Positions 18,001 through 26,451 of a stretch of DNA of 32,000 bases are shown piece after piece. The notes beneath the pieces are model-generated. The model did not search any database and was not told the DNA's origin. It saw only the letters and a program-made list of their open reading frames with translations. The stretch spans positions 720,001 to 752,000 of the forward strand of contig NZ_OZ034918.1 of the NCBI RefSeq assembly GCF_964030745.1, in the 5' to 3' direction. How positions within the stretch are numbered: the stretch's first letter is position 1; the number at the start of each line of letters is the position of its first letter. The position numbers and the translations under genes were made by a program. This DNA comes from Candidatus Saccharimonadota bacterium (lineage in GTDB: Bacteria > Bacteroidota > Bacteroidia > Cytophagales > Amoebophilaceae).

Positions 18001-18613
18001 GCTTGTCTGCTTTTGCAAACATACACCAAGCTAAAAGGGGAATAATAATGGAAAAGGTTAGAAACTGCAATACATCTGTAAAGGTAACGGCACGAATACC
18101 TCCAAAAGTGGAATAGAAGATCAGGAGTAAGCTTGCAAGGGCAGTGATTACATAGGGATTAGTCAATACCAGACAAATTTCAATGGCCTTGCTCATTACA
18201 ATCATTTGGCTAGTAATGATAACGATACAACTACATATACTAACCAAAGCAGTAAGAATCCGTGGATAGATACCATACACACTACCTATTGTTTCAGCTA
18301 TAGAGAGGTGTTGCATAAATGGCCCCATACGCAATGCTAATCTACCAATGAACCAATTACCAAAACAATTTAAAAGTATAACAATGATCCAAAATAAGCC
18401 AAGTTCATAAATACACTCTACATTACGTATTAAGCCTCCTCCACCATAATCAGTAGCCAATACTGTAGCAACTAGGGTGGCGGTAGCAAATTGTTTATTC
18501 CCCACTGCATATTCCCGAAAGGTGGTTTTTTTTCTACTAAAGTAAATACCTACCACCAGCGTTAAGGATAAAAAAGCGGCTACTATAAATAAGGCCATAC
18601 TGAAGTAGATCAT
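15062..18613 (-). CDS. paralogue of 6600-10067: SSS-like domain + extra TMs + kinase-like region + degenerate (predicted inactive) HD domain
   Basis: 1183 aa with the same architecture and alignable termini (TTFREYAVG vs TTFKDYAVG). In the HD region AALLYELVRRT replaces AALLHDVVEDT (YE codons at 15473-15478), FYVRAVGIA replaces YYTHPMGVA, and IKLAERLYDLRH replaces IKLADRLHNLRT. Confidence 0.75.
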   Translation of the reverse strand: MIYFSMALFIVAAFLSLTLVVGIYFSRKKTTFREYAVGNKQFATATLVATVLATDYGGGGLIRNVECIYELGLFWIIVILLNCFGNWFIGRLALRMGPFMQHLSIAETIGSVYGIYPRILTALVSICSCIVIITSQMIVMSKAIEICLVLTNPYVITALASLLLIFYSTFGGIRAVTFTDVLQFLTFSIIIPLLAWCMFAKADKPAATIIPMLQGHTKFQFSSLLHGYTILIALLLRVLSALTSRVSPHTMQRVYMASGPIQAQKVFSYATLFSLVITSFITLISLFVFVKAPDLPKEAILEYIMNHIPPFFKGFVTISLLAMAMSTADSCLNACSVMVGHDIVKSLQKGKEITDGYQLKIARRATLVVGLLAMLLAFKNQDLLKLLYWSLNCSIPIVTAPFILAAFGFRGTTRTALVGMATGGLAIVAWNKWVKPSTGMDGSFPAMVANGLAMMAAHHLFKQPKDTGWMDPDYQFKQLQQAHRRKRVERKEAIKNGWTNKKAILLKLMPSDRTIRLIGLYMVATAILDYWFIRPDHIYWAICQVLVGALFTSSKTFFSKTIPAWCMGVCWLIGLAVYLPVNLLEHWWNLVDPVFTTSLSLAHCAVILSLFPLYLGIGVVTGTLLLALYPISVGFTLPMLCTLLPLFVVSLLIVAIIIWFKVNQNIYINKILYLENHEKIRKSQQLKASLYDAAAGPTVGKAKGYGAILTEVIGKIEESISFLDSNIPLYKQDFQSIINKLYDWAAYFNRRAKAKKHALLQPTQITLDKLIRKVELALSQEVTDPPRLLVETITSANGGASPYMVCDIHQVVYLLVKAVLRVGKLQEAVRPVVRIQLHSTALQFKLADPVDGSQPVCILFQATALVISQATAAPETLPKVKQTYGDAIDAIDPQGKPETPPSIDLQQETLSSIVGAHYGYWETLGGKKHPSMLLVLPNDVTDILGRMTTTLPLDALTLEAPATPKEQADSMMVLMKFHDYVCKFSYQMDPVDVGTISGLLLLLRQHFGFKRHASGQLFYVRAVGIAELVVEWAFHSPKVIYAALLYELVRRTCLPLSYVKEHYNLGVYAFVLNVVGIDKRQSLDHPSLLYVQNRLKEAIKEEHIQLSVLFIKLAERLYDLRHAAGYIHPTEVQHMAQETLAIDVKLANTYLGPEIATVLEVAAKKALKVGNSIEKNNKRDTSS

Positions 18614-18712
18614 AAAGGATGCGTTCTTAAAAAGATTAAAAATAGTTGTCAGCCTAGCACACCAATTATAATGGTAGGGATTTTGGGCTAAAAATCAAAA
18701 AAAGGAAAGTTG

Positions 18713-19333
18713 TTAAAGTGTAAGATAAGGCATTATTTTTTTCCCCCAATTAGCATGGTACCCTGGTAGCCTTTGTATGGTATGAAGAGTTATAAACTTC
18801 CCTGCTCGTTTTCTATAATCTATAATGGCTTTGGCCATAGCAGCTGAAATATAAGGATGAGCGACTAATGTTTTAAAGCTTGCTTGGTTTAAGGATAATT
18901 TTTTAGGCCTATAGTAGGTGCATATAGTTGTCCGTTTGATTAATCGTGTTTGAAGATGGTTCGATAGACCATATACCTCCTTATATTGATCGAAGCAAAT
19001 AAACCCACCTAGTTTGTTTCTATACCGTAGGATGCGAACGGCCAGCTGTGCTGTAATGCCTTCTATCTCTTGTAACGCTTCTGGAGTGGCTGTGTTGATG
19101 TTAATCAGGGATACTTTACCAGAGTTTGCTTGCAGTAGCGTTAATTTTTTTTCTAAAAACGCAATAGCTGCGCTATGGTCCAGTGGCTTATGGGTGTATG
19201 TATAGTATAACTTGTATACCTTAGGTGCAATGATGCAAAGTAGCATCAGCGTAATCATGGCGAGCAAACCATTGCTTTCCCGATTAGAAAAATGAAAAGC
19301 TTGTTTGATCCAACGGGTTAGCTTACGCCACAT
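18713..19333 (-). CDS. ComEA-like helix-hairpin-helix DNA-binding protein (membrane-anchored)
   Basis: N-terminal TM LLAMITLMLLCIIAP. Two HhH units: INTATPEALQEIEGITAQLAVRILRYR and LNQASFKTLVAHPYISAAMAKAIIDYR. Confidence 0.65.
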   Translation of the reverse strand: MWRKLTRWIKQAFHFSNRESNGLLAMITLMLLCIIAPKVYKLYYTYTHKPLDHSAAIAFLEKKLTLLQANSGKVSLININTATPEALQEIEGITAQLAVRILRYRNKLGGFICFDQYKEVYGLSNHLQTRLIKRTTICTYYRPKKLSLNQASFKTLVAHPYISAAMAKAIIDYRKRAGKFITLHTIQRLPGYHANWGKKIMPYLTL

Positions 19334-20351
19334 GATGCCTATGAGCGGTTACATATTTTTCCCACTTCTCTATTAGTTTAACAAAATTTTCTGGTAAAGG
19401 GGCTTCAAATGAGAGCGCTACTTTTGTTATTGGGTGGTTAAATCCAAGTACCGCTGCATGTAGTGCCTGGTAAGGCATCAGCTTAAAACAGTTTTGGACA
19501 AAGGCCTTATAGGAGGCATACCGTTGGCCACTAACGATCACATTGCCCCCATACTGAAGGTCACCAAAGACAGGGTGGCCTATATGCTTCATATGGACAC
19601 GAATCTGATGGGTACGTCCTGTTTCTAATCTGCAGGCTACAAGCGAAACATGGTGGAGCCGTTTGATGACTTGATAATGGGTAACCGCTCTTTTTCCTTG
19701 TTGGTTGTCTGGAAAAGCTGCTATTCTTTGATAGTTATGACTGTCTTTACCTACATTGATATGAATCGTTCCAGTCTCATGTTGGGGGGTGCCCCAAACC
19801 AATGTATAGTAGGTCCGTGTTACCGTATGGTTGTAAAATTGACGGGCCAAATCAGCCAGGCTATCTGCTGTTTTGGCCACTACCAATAGGCCTGATGTGT
19901 TTTTATCAATTCGATGTACCAAACCGGGTCTGGTAGCCATATTGTCTTTTAAAGGCAGATGCTTATAGCGATACAGTAATGCATGGGCGAGCGTTCCAGT
20001 GCGATGTGCGCTATCTGGATGTACTGCCATTTGGGCTGGTTTATGGACAACCAGCAGATGATCATCTTCATATACAATATCCAATGGTATCTCTTCTGGC
20101 GTAACCGTTTCTATATCAATGGGTGTAGGTATATGGGCTACTATTGCATCTCCAGGCTGAACGACATAGTTGGGCTTGATAAGGTGCCTATTGACAGTAA
20201 CCGATTGACCAGTAATCGCTTCTTGAATTTTATTTCGACTGATTTGCAAAGCCTCTGATAAAAACTTGTCTATACGGAGCTTAGCTTGTTCGTTTGTAAC
20301 GGTAACGGCATATTCTGTTAGAGAGGGTATGGGTAGGCTGTAATCTTTCAT
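19323..20351 (-). CDS. rluD: 23S rRNA pseudouridine synthase, RluD/RluA family
   Basis: S4-like N-terminus (LRIDKFLSE...SRNKIQEAI), catalytic motif HRIDKNTSGLLVVAK, and RTHQIRVH. I place the start at MKDYSLP (ATG 20349-20351) rather than at the listed 20405. Confidence 0.85.
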   Translation of the reverse strand: MKDYSLPIPSLTEYAVTVTNEQAKLRIDKFLSEALQISRNKIQEAITGQSVTVNRHLIKPNYVVQPGDAIVAHIPTPIDIETVTPEEIPLDIVYEDDHLLVVHKPAQMAVHPDSAHRTGTLAHALLYRYKHLPLKDNMATRPGLVHRIDKNTSGLLVVAKTADSLADLARQFYNHTVTRTYYTLVWGTPQHETGTIHINVGKDSHNYQRIAAFPDNQQGKRAVTHYQVIKRLHHVSLVACRLETGRTHQIRVHMKHIGHPVFGDLQYGGNVIVSGQRYASYKAFVQNCFKLMPYQALHAAVLGFNHPITKVALSFEAPLPENFVKLIEKWEKYVTAHRHHVA

Positions 20352-20361
20352 CTGTAATCTT

Positions 20362-20739
20362 TCAAAAGTATTTTCGTTGGATAAATGCATGCATGAGCAG
20401 TCCATTTCTAAATAATTTTTGTTTCCTACTAAAAGAGGTTTTGCACTCCGTTATGGAGCTAGAAGCGGGTTGGGAGGAGTTGGGCTTTGCTGTTACGCTC
20501 TGGAATAAAGGTGCAGCTTGAGGCGTTTTATCTGTCATTTTTCTAGTGATGGGTATTGTCGTAATAGGAGGGTACTCCTTGATTCCTGGCTGATCTTCTA
20601 TCTCATCTTGATCTGGTTCCTCATTGGATACTACATCATTCGATCCATTCAGATGGCTATATAGCCATCGAATGCCCCAAAAGACTAAAACCATAATAAG
20701 CTTAGTTTCTGCTTCAGATTTTAAGACAAAAAATTCCAT
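20362..20739 (-). CDS. hypothetical small membrane-anchored protein
   Basis: 125-aa ORF with one N-terminal hydrophobic helix (LIMVLVFWGIRWLY), then an acidic and a Ser/Pro-rich segment. It lies between infB and rluD on the same strand. No recognisable motif. Confidence 0.35.
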   Translation of the reverse strand: MEFFVLKSEAETKLIMVLVFWGIRWLYSHLNGSNDVVSNEEPDQDEIEDQPGIKEYPPITTIPITRKMTDKTPQAAPLFQSVTAKPNSSQPASSSITECKTSFSRKQKLFRNGLLMHAFIQRKYF

Positions 20740-20793
20740 AAGTTACCCTTATTTATTGCTCAGTAACATTGCGCAAAAGGGCGCTTTACGGGC

Positions 20794-23523
20794 CTAGAGC
20801 TCGCGTTTGATTTCCTTCCGCTCAAAACCTTCTATAATGTCCCCCACTTCAATCTCGTCAAAATTTTTAATATGTATACCACATTCAGAAACAGATTTTA
20901 CTTGCTTAATCTCTTCTAGTCCATGCTTTATAGTATGGATCACACCCGTGAATACAACCTGCTCTTTCCTGATGACGCGTATAGGATTGGATTGTTTGAT
21001 AAAACCTGTTTGTACTTGACAACCTGCAATATTACCAATTTTTGAAAAAGTAAAGATCTTTTTAATTTCTGCGCGACCAGTAGGTGCTTCTTCTATAGTA
21101 GGCGCTAAAAGTCCCTCTACTGCACCACGCACATCATCTATAGCACTGTAAATAATCGAATATTGTTTGATTTCTACTCCCTCTCTCTCAGCCAATTTTT
21201 TGGCTTGCGCAGATGGTTTAATATGAAAAGCAATAATAATGGCTGCAGCAGTAGTAGCCAGGAGTACATCAGATTCTGAAACTGCCCCTACGCCCTTGTG
21301 TAGAATATTTACCTCTACCTCCTCATGAGACAACCTAAGCAATGCGTCCGCTAATGCTTCAATAGAGCCATCCATATCTCCTTTAATGATAATGTTTAGT
21401 TGCTTAAAGTTTCCTACCGTTAAGCGGCGCCCAATTTCATCAAGGGTAAGCTGGGATTTGGTACGCAATGCTTGTTCGCGCAACAGCTGTTGCTTTTTTT
21501 GTGCCAGTTCTCCTGCTTCTTTTATACTATCCATCACACGAAAGGTATCCCCTGCCCTAGGGGCACCATTTAAGCCCAATACCTGTACAGAGGTTGCAGG
21601 GGAGGCTGTTTTTTGGGGAATGTTTTGGTGGTTTAACATCGCTTTGACCTTTCCATAGTAGACACCAGCTAGCACAATATCGCCTACACGTAAGGTGCCA
21701 TCTTGTACAATGCCAGTCGATATATACCCTCTACCGGGATCTAGGAAGGATTCCAGAATGGTACCCCTTGCCTTTTTAGAAGGGGTTGCTTGTAGCTCTA
21801 ATAGCGATGCTTCCAGAAGAATTTTTTCTAAAAGCTCATTTATCCCTTTCCCTGTTTTGGCCGAAATCTCTTGGCATTGGTATTTTCCACCCCAATCTTC
21901 TACTAAGATATTGAGGTTGGCTAAATCTTCTTTAACCTTTTCTGGGTTGGCTTGCGTTTTATCAATTTTATTGATGGCAATAATAATGGGACAACCCGCT
22001 ACTTGCGCATGGCTAATGGACTCCTTAGTCTGAGGCATAATACTATCATCTGCCGCTACCACAATCACGATAATATCGGTTACCTGTGCCCCCCTGGTAC
22101 GCATAGCTGTAAAAGCTTCATGACCAGGTGTATCTAAAAACACAATTTTTTTGTTTTGATCGGTAGTAATATCATAGGCCCCAATGTGCTGTGTAATGCC
22201 ACCAGCCTCTTTTGCAGTTACCTGCGTAGTACGGATATAATCTAGTAATGAAGTTTTTCCGTGATCTACGTGGCCCATAATGGTTACAATAGGCGGACGT
22301 TCCACAAGCTCACCACCTTCTTCCTCTATATCTTTAGAGGCTTCTTCGTTATGGAGGTCAACAAATTCTACGCTATAGCCAAACTCATCTGCAACAACGG
22401 TAATGGCTTCTGCATCCAGACGTTGGTTGATAGAGATAATCATACCTAACGCCATACAGGTAGAAAGCACCTCATTTACGGTAACATCCATAAAAGAAGC
22501 TAATTCATTGGCTGAAATAAATTCCGTAATTTTTAAAACCTTTTCTGTTGCTTTTTCCTGACGTTGACGTTTTTCTTCAGCTTCTAGATGGGCACTACGT
22601 CTATCTCTTTTATACTTAGAGCGTGCTCCATCTCCGCCAGTTTGGTGCAATCTTGCTAAGGTTTTTTTAATTTGGCTTTCTATTTCCTGAGCAGATACGC
22701 CTTCTTGTTCCTGTGGGGTTGTTTTTATTTTAGTATCCTTCTCTCTACGTACGGGAGTAGTAGTAAATTTAGCTTTACTACCGATAGGCCTAGATGTAAT
22801 AGTGGGATTTATGGGGCTTTTTATTCTAACTTGTGGCTTTGGCTCTCCTGTTTTAGGGGAGTCTATTGCACCATGAAGCTTTTGTGATGAAGTGCCACGG
22901 CTATGGTGCTGCCTTCTAAAAGTGTGTTCAGGTAAGGTCATTTTACCTACTATAGTAGGTCTTTTAAGTGGTTCTGAAAAAGATATTTTATCTGGTTTGT
23001 CAGGAGCTTGCTCCGTTGCTTTGTCCAATGGCTGTGATGTAGCATCAGAGCCTCTTGTTGGTGGAGCAACTGGTAAGGTTTCCGCATCAACTGAAGTGAG
23101 GTCACCTTCGGTTTTATTTTTTTCAGGGGTTAAGTCAATCTTTCCAACAGCCTTTAAGCCAGGTAAAACAGGAACAGAAGCTTCGTAATGATCAGGGAGG
23201 ACAGTCTCTTCTTGCGTGATGTTTTTAACTTTTGTGTGTGCTTTCTTGGCAGGTTCTTTGCTTTTTATCTGATCATGCTTACCAGTAGGGGCAGAAAGGC
23301 TGGGGTAGGCTTTGCCGATGGTTACATGCGCGGCTTCTTGTTTATCTACACCAGCTGAAATAAATTCAGCAGCCAGTATATTAAATTGTTCAGCCGTTAT
23401 TTTAGCATTGGGCTTATTGTCTACTGCAAACCCTTTTTGGGCTAAAAAAGAGGCAATTGTCTCTGTTCCTACATTTAACTTTCGAGCCACTTGGCTGAGT
23501 CGCATGTTTTTTTCTTCATTCAT
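20794..23523 (-). CDS. infB: translation initiation factor IF-2
   Basis: GTPase motifs GHVDHGKTSLLD, DTPGHEAF and NKID, a long low-complexity N-terminal region, and a position immediately downstream of nusA. Confidence 0.95.
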   Translation of the reverse strand: MNEEKNMRLSQVARKLNVGTETIASFLAQKGFAVDNKPNAKITAEQFNILAAEFISAGVDKQEAAHVTIGKAYPSLSAPTGKHDQIKSKEPAKKAHTKVKNITQEETVLPDHYEASVPVLPGLKAVGKIDLTPEKNKTEGDLTSVDAETLPVAPPTRGSDATSQPLDKATEQAPDKPDKISFSEPLKRPTIVGKMTLPEHTFRRQHHSRGTSSQKLHGAIDSPKTGEPKPQVRIKSPINPTITSRPIGSKAKFTTTPVRREKDTKIKTTPQEQEGVSAQEIESQIKKTLARLHQTGGDGARSKYKRDRRSAHLEAEEKRQRQEKATEKVLKITEFISANELASFMDVTVNEVLSTCMALGMIISINQRLDAEAITVVADEFGYSVEFVDLHNEEASKDIEEEGGELVERPPIVTIMGHVDHGKTSLLDYIRTTQVTAKEAGGITQHIGAYDITTDQNKKIVFLDTPGHEAFTAMRTRGAQVTDIIVIVVAADDSIMPQTKESISHAQVAGCPIIIAINKIDKTQANPEKVKEDLANLNILVEDWGGKYQCQEISAKTGKGINELLEKILLEASLLELQATPSKKARGTILESFLDPGRGYISTGIVQDGTLRVGDIVLAGVYYGKVKAMLNHQNIPQKTASPATSVQVLGLNGAPRAGDTFRVMDSIKEAGELAQKKQQLLREQALRTKSQLTLDEIGRRLTVGNFKQLNIIIKGDMDGSIEALADALLRLSHEEVEVNILHKGVGAVSESDVLLATTAAAIIIAFHIKPSAQAKKLAEREGVEIKQYSIIYSAIDDVRGAVEGLLAPTIEEAPTGRAEIKKIFTFSKIGNIAGCQVQTGFIKQSNPIRVIRKEQVVFTGVIHTIKHGLEEIKQVKSVSECGIHIKNFDEIEVGDIIEGFERKEIKREL

Positions 23524-23558
23524 GGGCTATTGTTCTCTATCTAGAAGGCATATTTAGG

Positions 23559-24800
23559 TTAACCATTAAGCGCCTGATCTAATATAGCATAGATTTCATC
23601 TATTGTTTCCTCTTCTAAGTCAACACGTTGCTCAAGGGTTTCCTTAGATAGGGCTAAAACGCTTCTGGCTGAGTCTAAACCGACTTTATGCAACGCTTCC
23701 AAAATCCAAGGCTCAATCGTATCACTAAACTCAGAAAGCGGAATATCATTTTGCTCTAAATGACTGGGAATATCTCTATAAACATCTATTTCTTTGCCAA
23801 TGAGCAGGCCTGCTAGTTTGATATTTTGACCTCCTTTGCCAATGGCTAATGCGACTTGATCGGGCTCTAAGTAGACAGATACCCTTTCACCATTTTGCTC
23901 GACTCGATTGATACATGCAGGGTGGAGGGTACGCGCAATATATAGTTCTAAGTTATCAGTATAATTGATGATATCAATGTTTTCATATTGGAGCTCTTTG
24001 GTAATGCCATGTATACGAGATCCTTTGATACCTACACAGGCCCCAACTGGGTCAATCCTGTCATCAAAAGTCTCAACAGCTACCTTAGCGCGTGCTCCTG
24101 GGTCTCTTACAATTTTTTTTATGGCAATAAGCCCATCCTGGATTTCAGGAATCTCATTTTCAAATAGCCTTTCTAAGAAAAGAGGAGATGTTCTAGAGAG
24201 TATGACGCGAGGAATTGCATTGTTAAATGTTATTCTGCAAATGACTGCACGAATATGTTCCCCTTTTTTAAATTGATCCTTAGGTATTTGCTCTGATTTT
24301 GGTAAAAAAAGCTCATTGTTTTCATCATCTAATAAGATGATTTCTTTACCCAAAATTTGATTTACTTCAGCTGAAATCAAACAACCTACTAGCTGTTCGT
24401 ATTTATTATACAGGGCTTCTTTTTCTAGTTCTCGGATCTTTTGTATAAGCATTTGCTTGGCAGTCAGTATGAGCCTTCTGCCAAAATCGGAAATTTTAAT
24501 TTCCTCAGATAACTCTTCCCCTAGTTCAAAATCGGCCTCTATTTTTCTAGCTTCTGAAAGGGGTATTTTATTAGGCGCGCCTACATCTACTGCATCATCA
24601 GCTACAACTTCACGAAAACGCCATATCTGCAAATCTCCTTTATCAAGATTGATAATGATGTCAAAATTATCACTATTTCCAAATTTGCTCAGCATAACCG
24701 CACGAAATACATCTTCTAAAATACGTATGACGGTAGGCCTATCAATATTTTTAGATTTGGCAAATTCTGCAAATGATTCTACTAATTTATTACTATCCAT
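23559..24800 (-). CDS. nusA: transcription termination/antitermination factor NusA
   Basis: 413 aa. Has the S1 region and two KH motifs (GACVGIKGSRIHGITKEL, AIGKGGQNIKLAGLLIGKEIDV) and is followed by infB. Confidence 0.95.
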   Translation of the reverse strand: MDSNKLVESFAEFAKSKNIDRPTVIRILEDVFRAVMLSKFGNSDNFDIIINLDKGDLQIWRFREVVADDAVDVGAPNKIPLSEARKIEADFELGEELSEEIKISDFGRRLILTAKQMLIQKIRELEKEALYNKYEQLVGCLISAEVNQILGKEIILLDDENNELFLPKSEQIPKDQFKKGEHIRAVICRITFNNAIPRVILSRTSPLFLERLFENEIPEIQDGLIAIKKIVRDPGARAKVAVETFDDRIDPVGACVGIKGSRIHGITKELQYENIDIINYTDNLELYIARTLHPACINRVEQNGERVSVYLEPDQVALAIGKGGQNIKLAGLLIGKEIDVYRDIPSHLEQNDIPLSEFSDTIEPWILEALHKVGLDSARSVLALSKETLEQRVDLEEETIDEIYAILDQALNG

Positions 24801-25017
24801 TGATCACTAAAACATACACACGTATACAATAAAATACGTACAAAAAGGAAGAATAAAGAGAAATTCAAGGCTACACAAACCTGCGTTTCTCGAACGGATG
24901 CTATATGGCAACCCTCAATTTATGCTTTTTAAGCATGATTCCAGCTTACAACGGTAAGGTTGGAATCCTGACAATATACAAAAAAAATAGCTGTAAAACA
25001 TTAACGTGCCATCTTAA

Positions 25018-26187
25018 TTATTTGGGATTTTTTTTATACCTATTATAGCGAATACCAGCAACTTCTTTTTTTACACTCAGTAGCTCTGTATCGATTTCTC
25101 CTTGACTGATGCTTAATAAAATGCCAAGTGCAATACCTGTAAAGACAAGTGAGGTGCCACCCATACTCACGAATGGTAATGGCAACCCTGTGACAGGTCC
25201 AAGGCCTACTGCAATCGCCATGTTCAATAAAGCTTGTAATACAAGTAAAAGACTTATTCCGGTAGCCAAAATGCCTCCATAGTAACTAGTTGCTGTAGGC
25301 AGCAAAGCGATGGCCCTATAGAGCAAAAGCAAATAAAGCACTATAACAAATATACCGCCTATGAGGCCATATTCCTCAATTAAGATGGCATAAATAAAAT
25401 CGGAGTAGGGGTGGGGCAAGAAGTTACGTTGGGTGCTATTACCAGGTCCTTTACCAGCCAGTCCGCCTGTTGCAATAGCAATGTAAGATTGCTCAGCTTG
25501 AAAGGAGACATTACCTTTGAGAAAATTTTCTATCCGTTTGATGGCTGTTCCGCCACGTTGCCCCCAGGTCAATGCCCCCCCTGCAACTAGGAGACCAGAA
25601 ATTATAATAATCAGTAAGTACTTAATAGGAATTCTGCCGATGAACATGAGTACCAAACAAGTACCAAATAATAGAATGGCGCTAGAGAAATTGGTTAAGG
25701 CGATTAAACCGCTAATCAAGCCAGACCAGGTTAACATAGGCAAACAAGCAGTTCTAAAGTAAGTGATATTTTTTTGTTGTTTGGCCAACATATGGGCCAT
25801 GCGTATAATGAGCGCAAGTTGTGCTAGGTCAGATGGTTGAAAGGATTTATTGATAAAAGGGATATTCAGCCAACGAGAAGCTTCATTTAACTTTAAACCA
25901 TATTGCCAAGTTACCAACAATAGTGGTATGGACATCCAAAGCGCAACTTTTGCCATAGCAGCATAGTAGCGGTGATCCACCCGATGGCTTAGCCACATAG
26001 CGGATAATCCAGCGCCTATGAGCAGGGTCTGCCTAAGCAAATAATATTCGGTATTATGGTGCATTTGTCTATAGGCTAAAGAGCTAGAAGCACTGTAGAC
26101 GGTTAGAATACTTAGGCTAGACAATACCAATGCAATGGCCCATATGATGGGGTCTCCTTTTAGTTTTGCTTTAATCAACTGCTTCAT
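25018..26187 (-). CDS. FtsW/RodA/SpoVE (SEDS) family peptidoglycan polymerase
   Basis: 389 aa, ~10 TM helices. Contains GDPIIWAIALVLSSLSILTVYSASS, HPYSDFIYAILIEEYGLIGG and GLPLPFVSMGGTS. Confidence 0.85.
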   Translation of the reverse strand: MKQLIKAKLKGDPIIWAIALVLSSLSILTVYSASSSLAYRQMHHNTEYYLLRQTLLIGAGLSAMWLSHRVDHRYYAAMAKVALWMSIPLLLVTWQYGLKLNEASRWLNIPFINKSFQPSDLAQLALIIRMAHMLAKQQKNITYFRTACLPMLTWSGLISGLIALTNFSSAILLFGTCLVLMFIGRIPIKYLLIIIISGLLVAGGALTWGQRGGTAIKRIENFLKGNVSFQAEQSYIAIATGGLAGKGPGNSTQRNFLPHPYSDFIYAILIEEYGLIGGIFVIVLYLLLLYRAIALLPTATSYYGGILATGISLLLVLQALLNMAIAVGLGPVTGLPLPFVSMGGTSLVFTGIALGILLSISQGEIDTELLSVKKEVAGIRYNRYKKNPK

Positions 26188-26238
26188 AGGCGATGTATAG
26201 AATGCTTATGCCTGAACCGTATCATGGAAAAGTGCATA

Positions 26239-26246
26239 CAAACTTA
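26239..26246 (-). promoter_or_regulatory. candidate Bacteroidota-type -7 promoter element (TAnnTTTG) for the SEDS gene
   Basis: The minus strand reads TAAGTTTG ~52 nt upstream of the start at 26187. No convincing -33 TTTG partner was seen. Confidence 0.25.
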
Positions 26247-26353
26247 ACGCTATTTTATAAGATGTAAGTTTATAAAACTTCTACTGGAAACAAAATTGAC
26301 TTAGGAAGCCTATATAATATTAATCTTCATAATCAATTAATATGGTTTTTTAC

Positions 26354-26361
26354 TATCTTTG
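26354..26361 (+). promoter_or_regulatory. candidate Bacteroidota-type -7 promoter element (TAnnTTTG) for the 26452 gene
   Basis: TATCTTTG lies ~90 nt upstream of ATG 26452 in the divergent intergenic region. No clear -33 element. Confidence 0.25.
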
Positions 26362-26451
26362 CTTTTCTAAATATTTTATGGGAAAGCAATATGGTCATGC
26401 ATCCATGAAAATATTCAGTAACATCAACAGCATAACTTTCAAGTTTAATTC

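Noticed and set aside
20807-23557. Seven plus-strand ORFs of 61-112 aa inside the infB region (20807-21019, 21386-21658, 21695-22033, 21952-22137, 22261-22449, 22672-22887, 22892-23188), plus 23312-23557
   Set aside because: All lie antisense within a confidently identified infB gene. They have low-complexity, Cys/Ser-rich composition and no motifs, and look like typical shadow ORFs.
23965-24810. Plus-strand ORFs 23965-24276 and 24457-24810
   Set aside because: They are antisense to nusA and are shadow ORFs with no recognisable features.
24890-24975. tRNA-like features: a hairpin ATGC-TTTTTAA-GCAT that could mimic a UUU anticodon arm, and GGTTGGAATCC resembling a T-loop
   Set aside because: No acceptor stem, D-arm or correctly spaced T-arm can be drawn on either strand, and the GGTTGGAATCC segment is one half of a long 9-bp hairpin. 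I found no convincing tRNA anywhere in the window.
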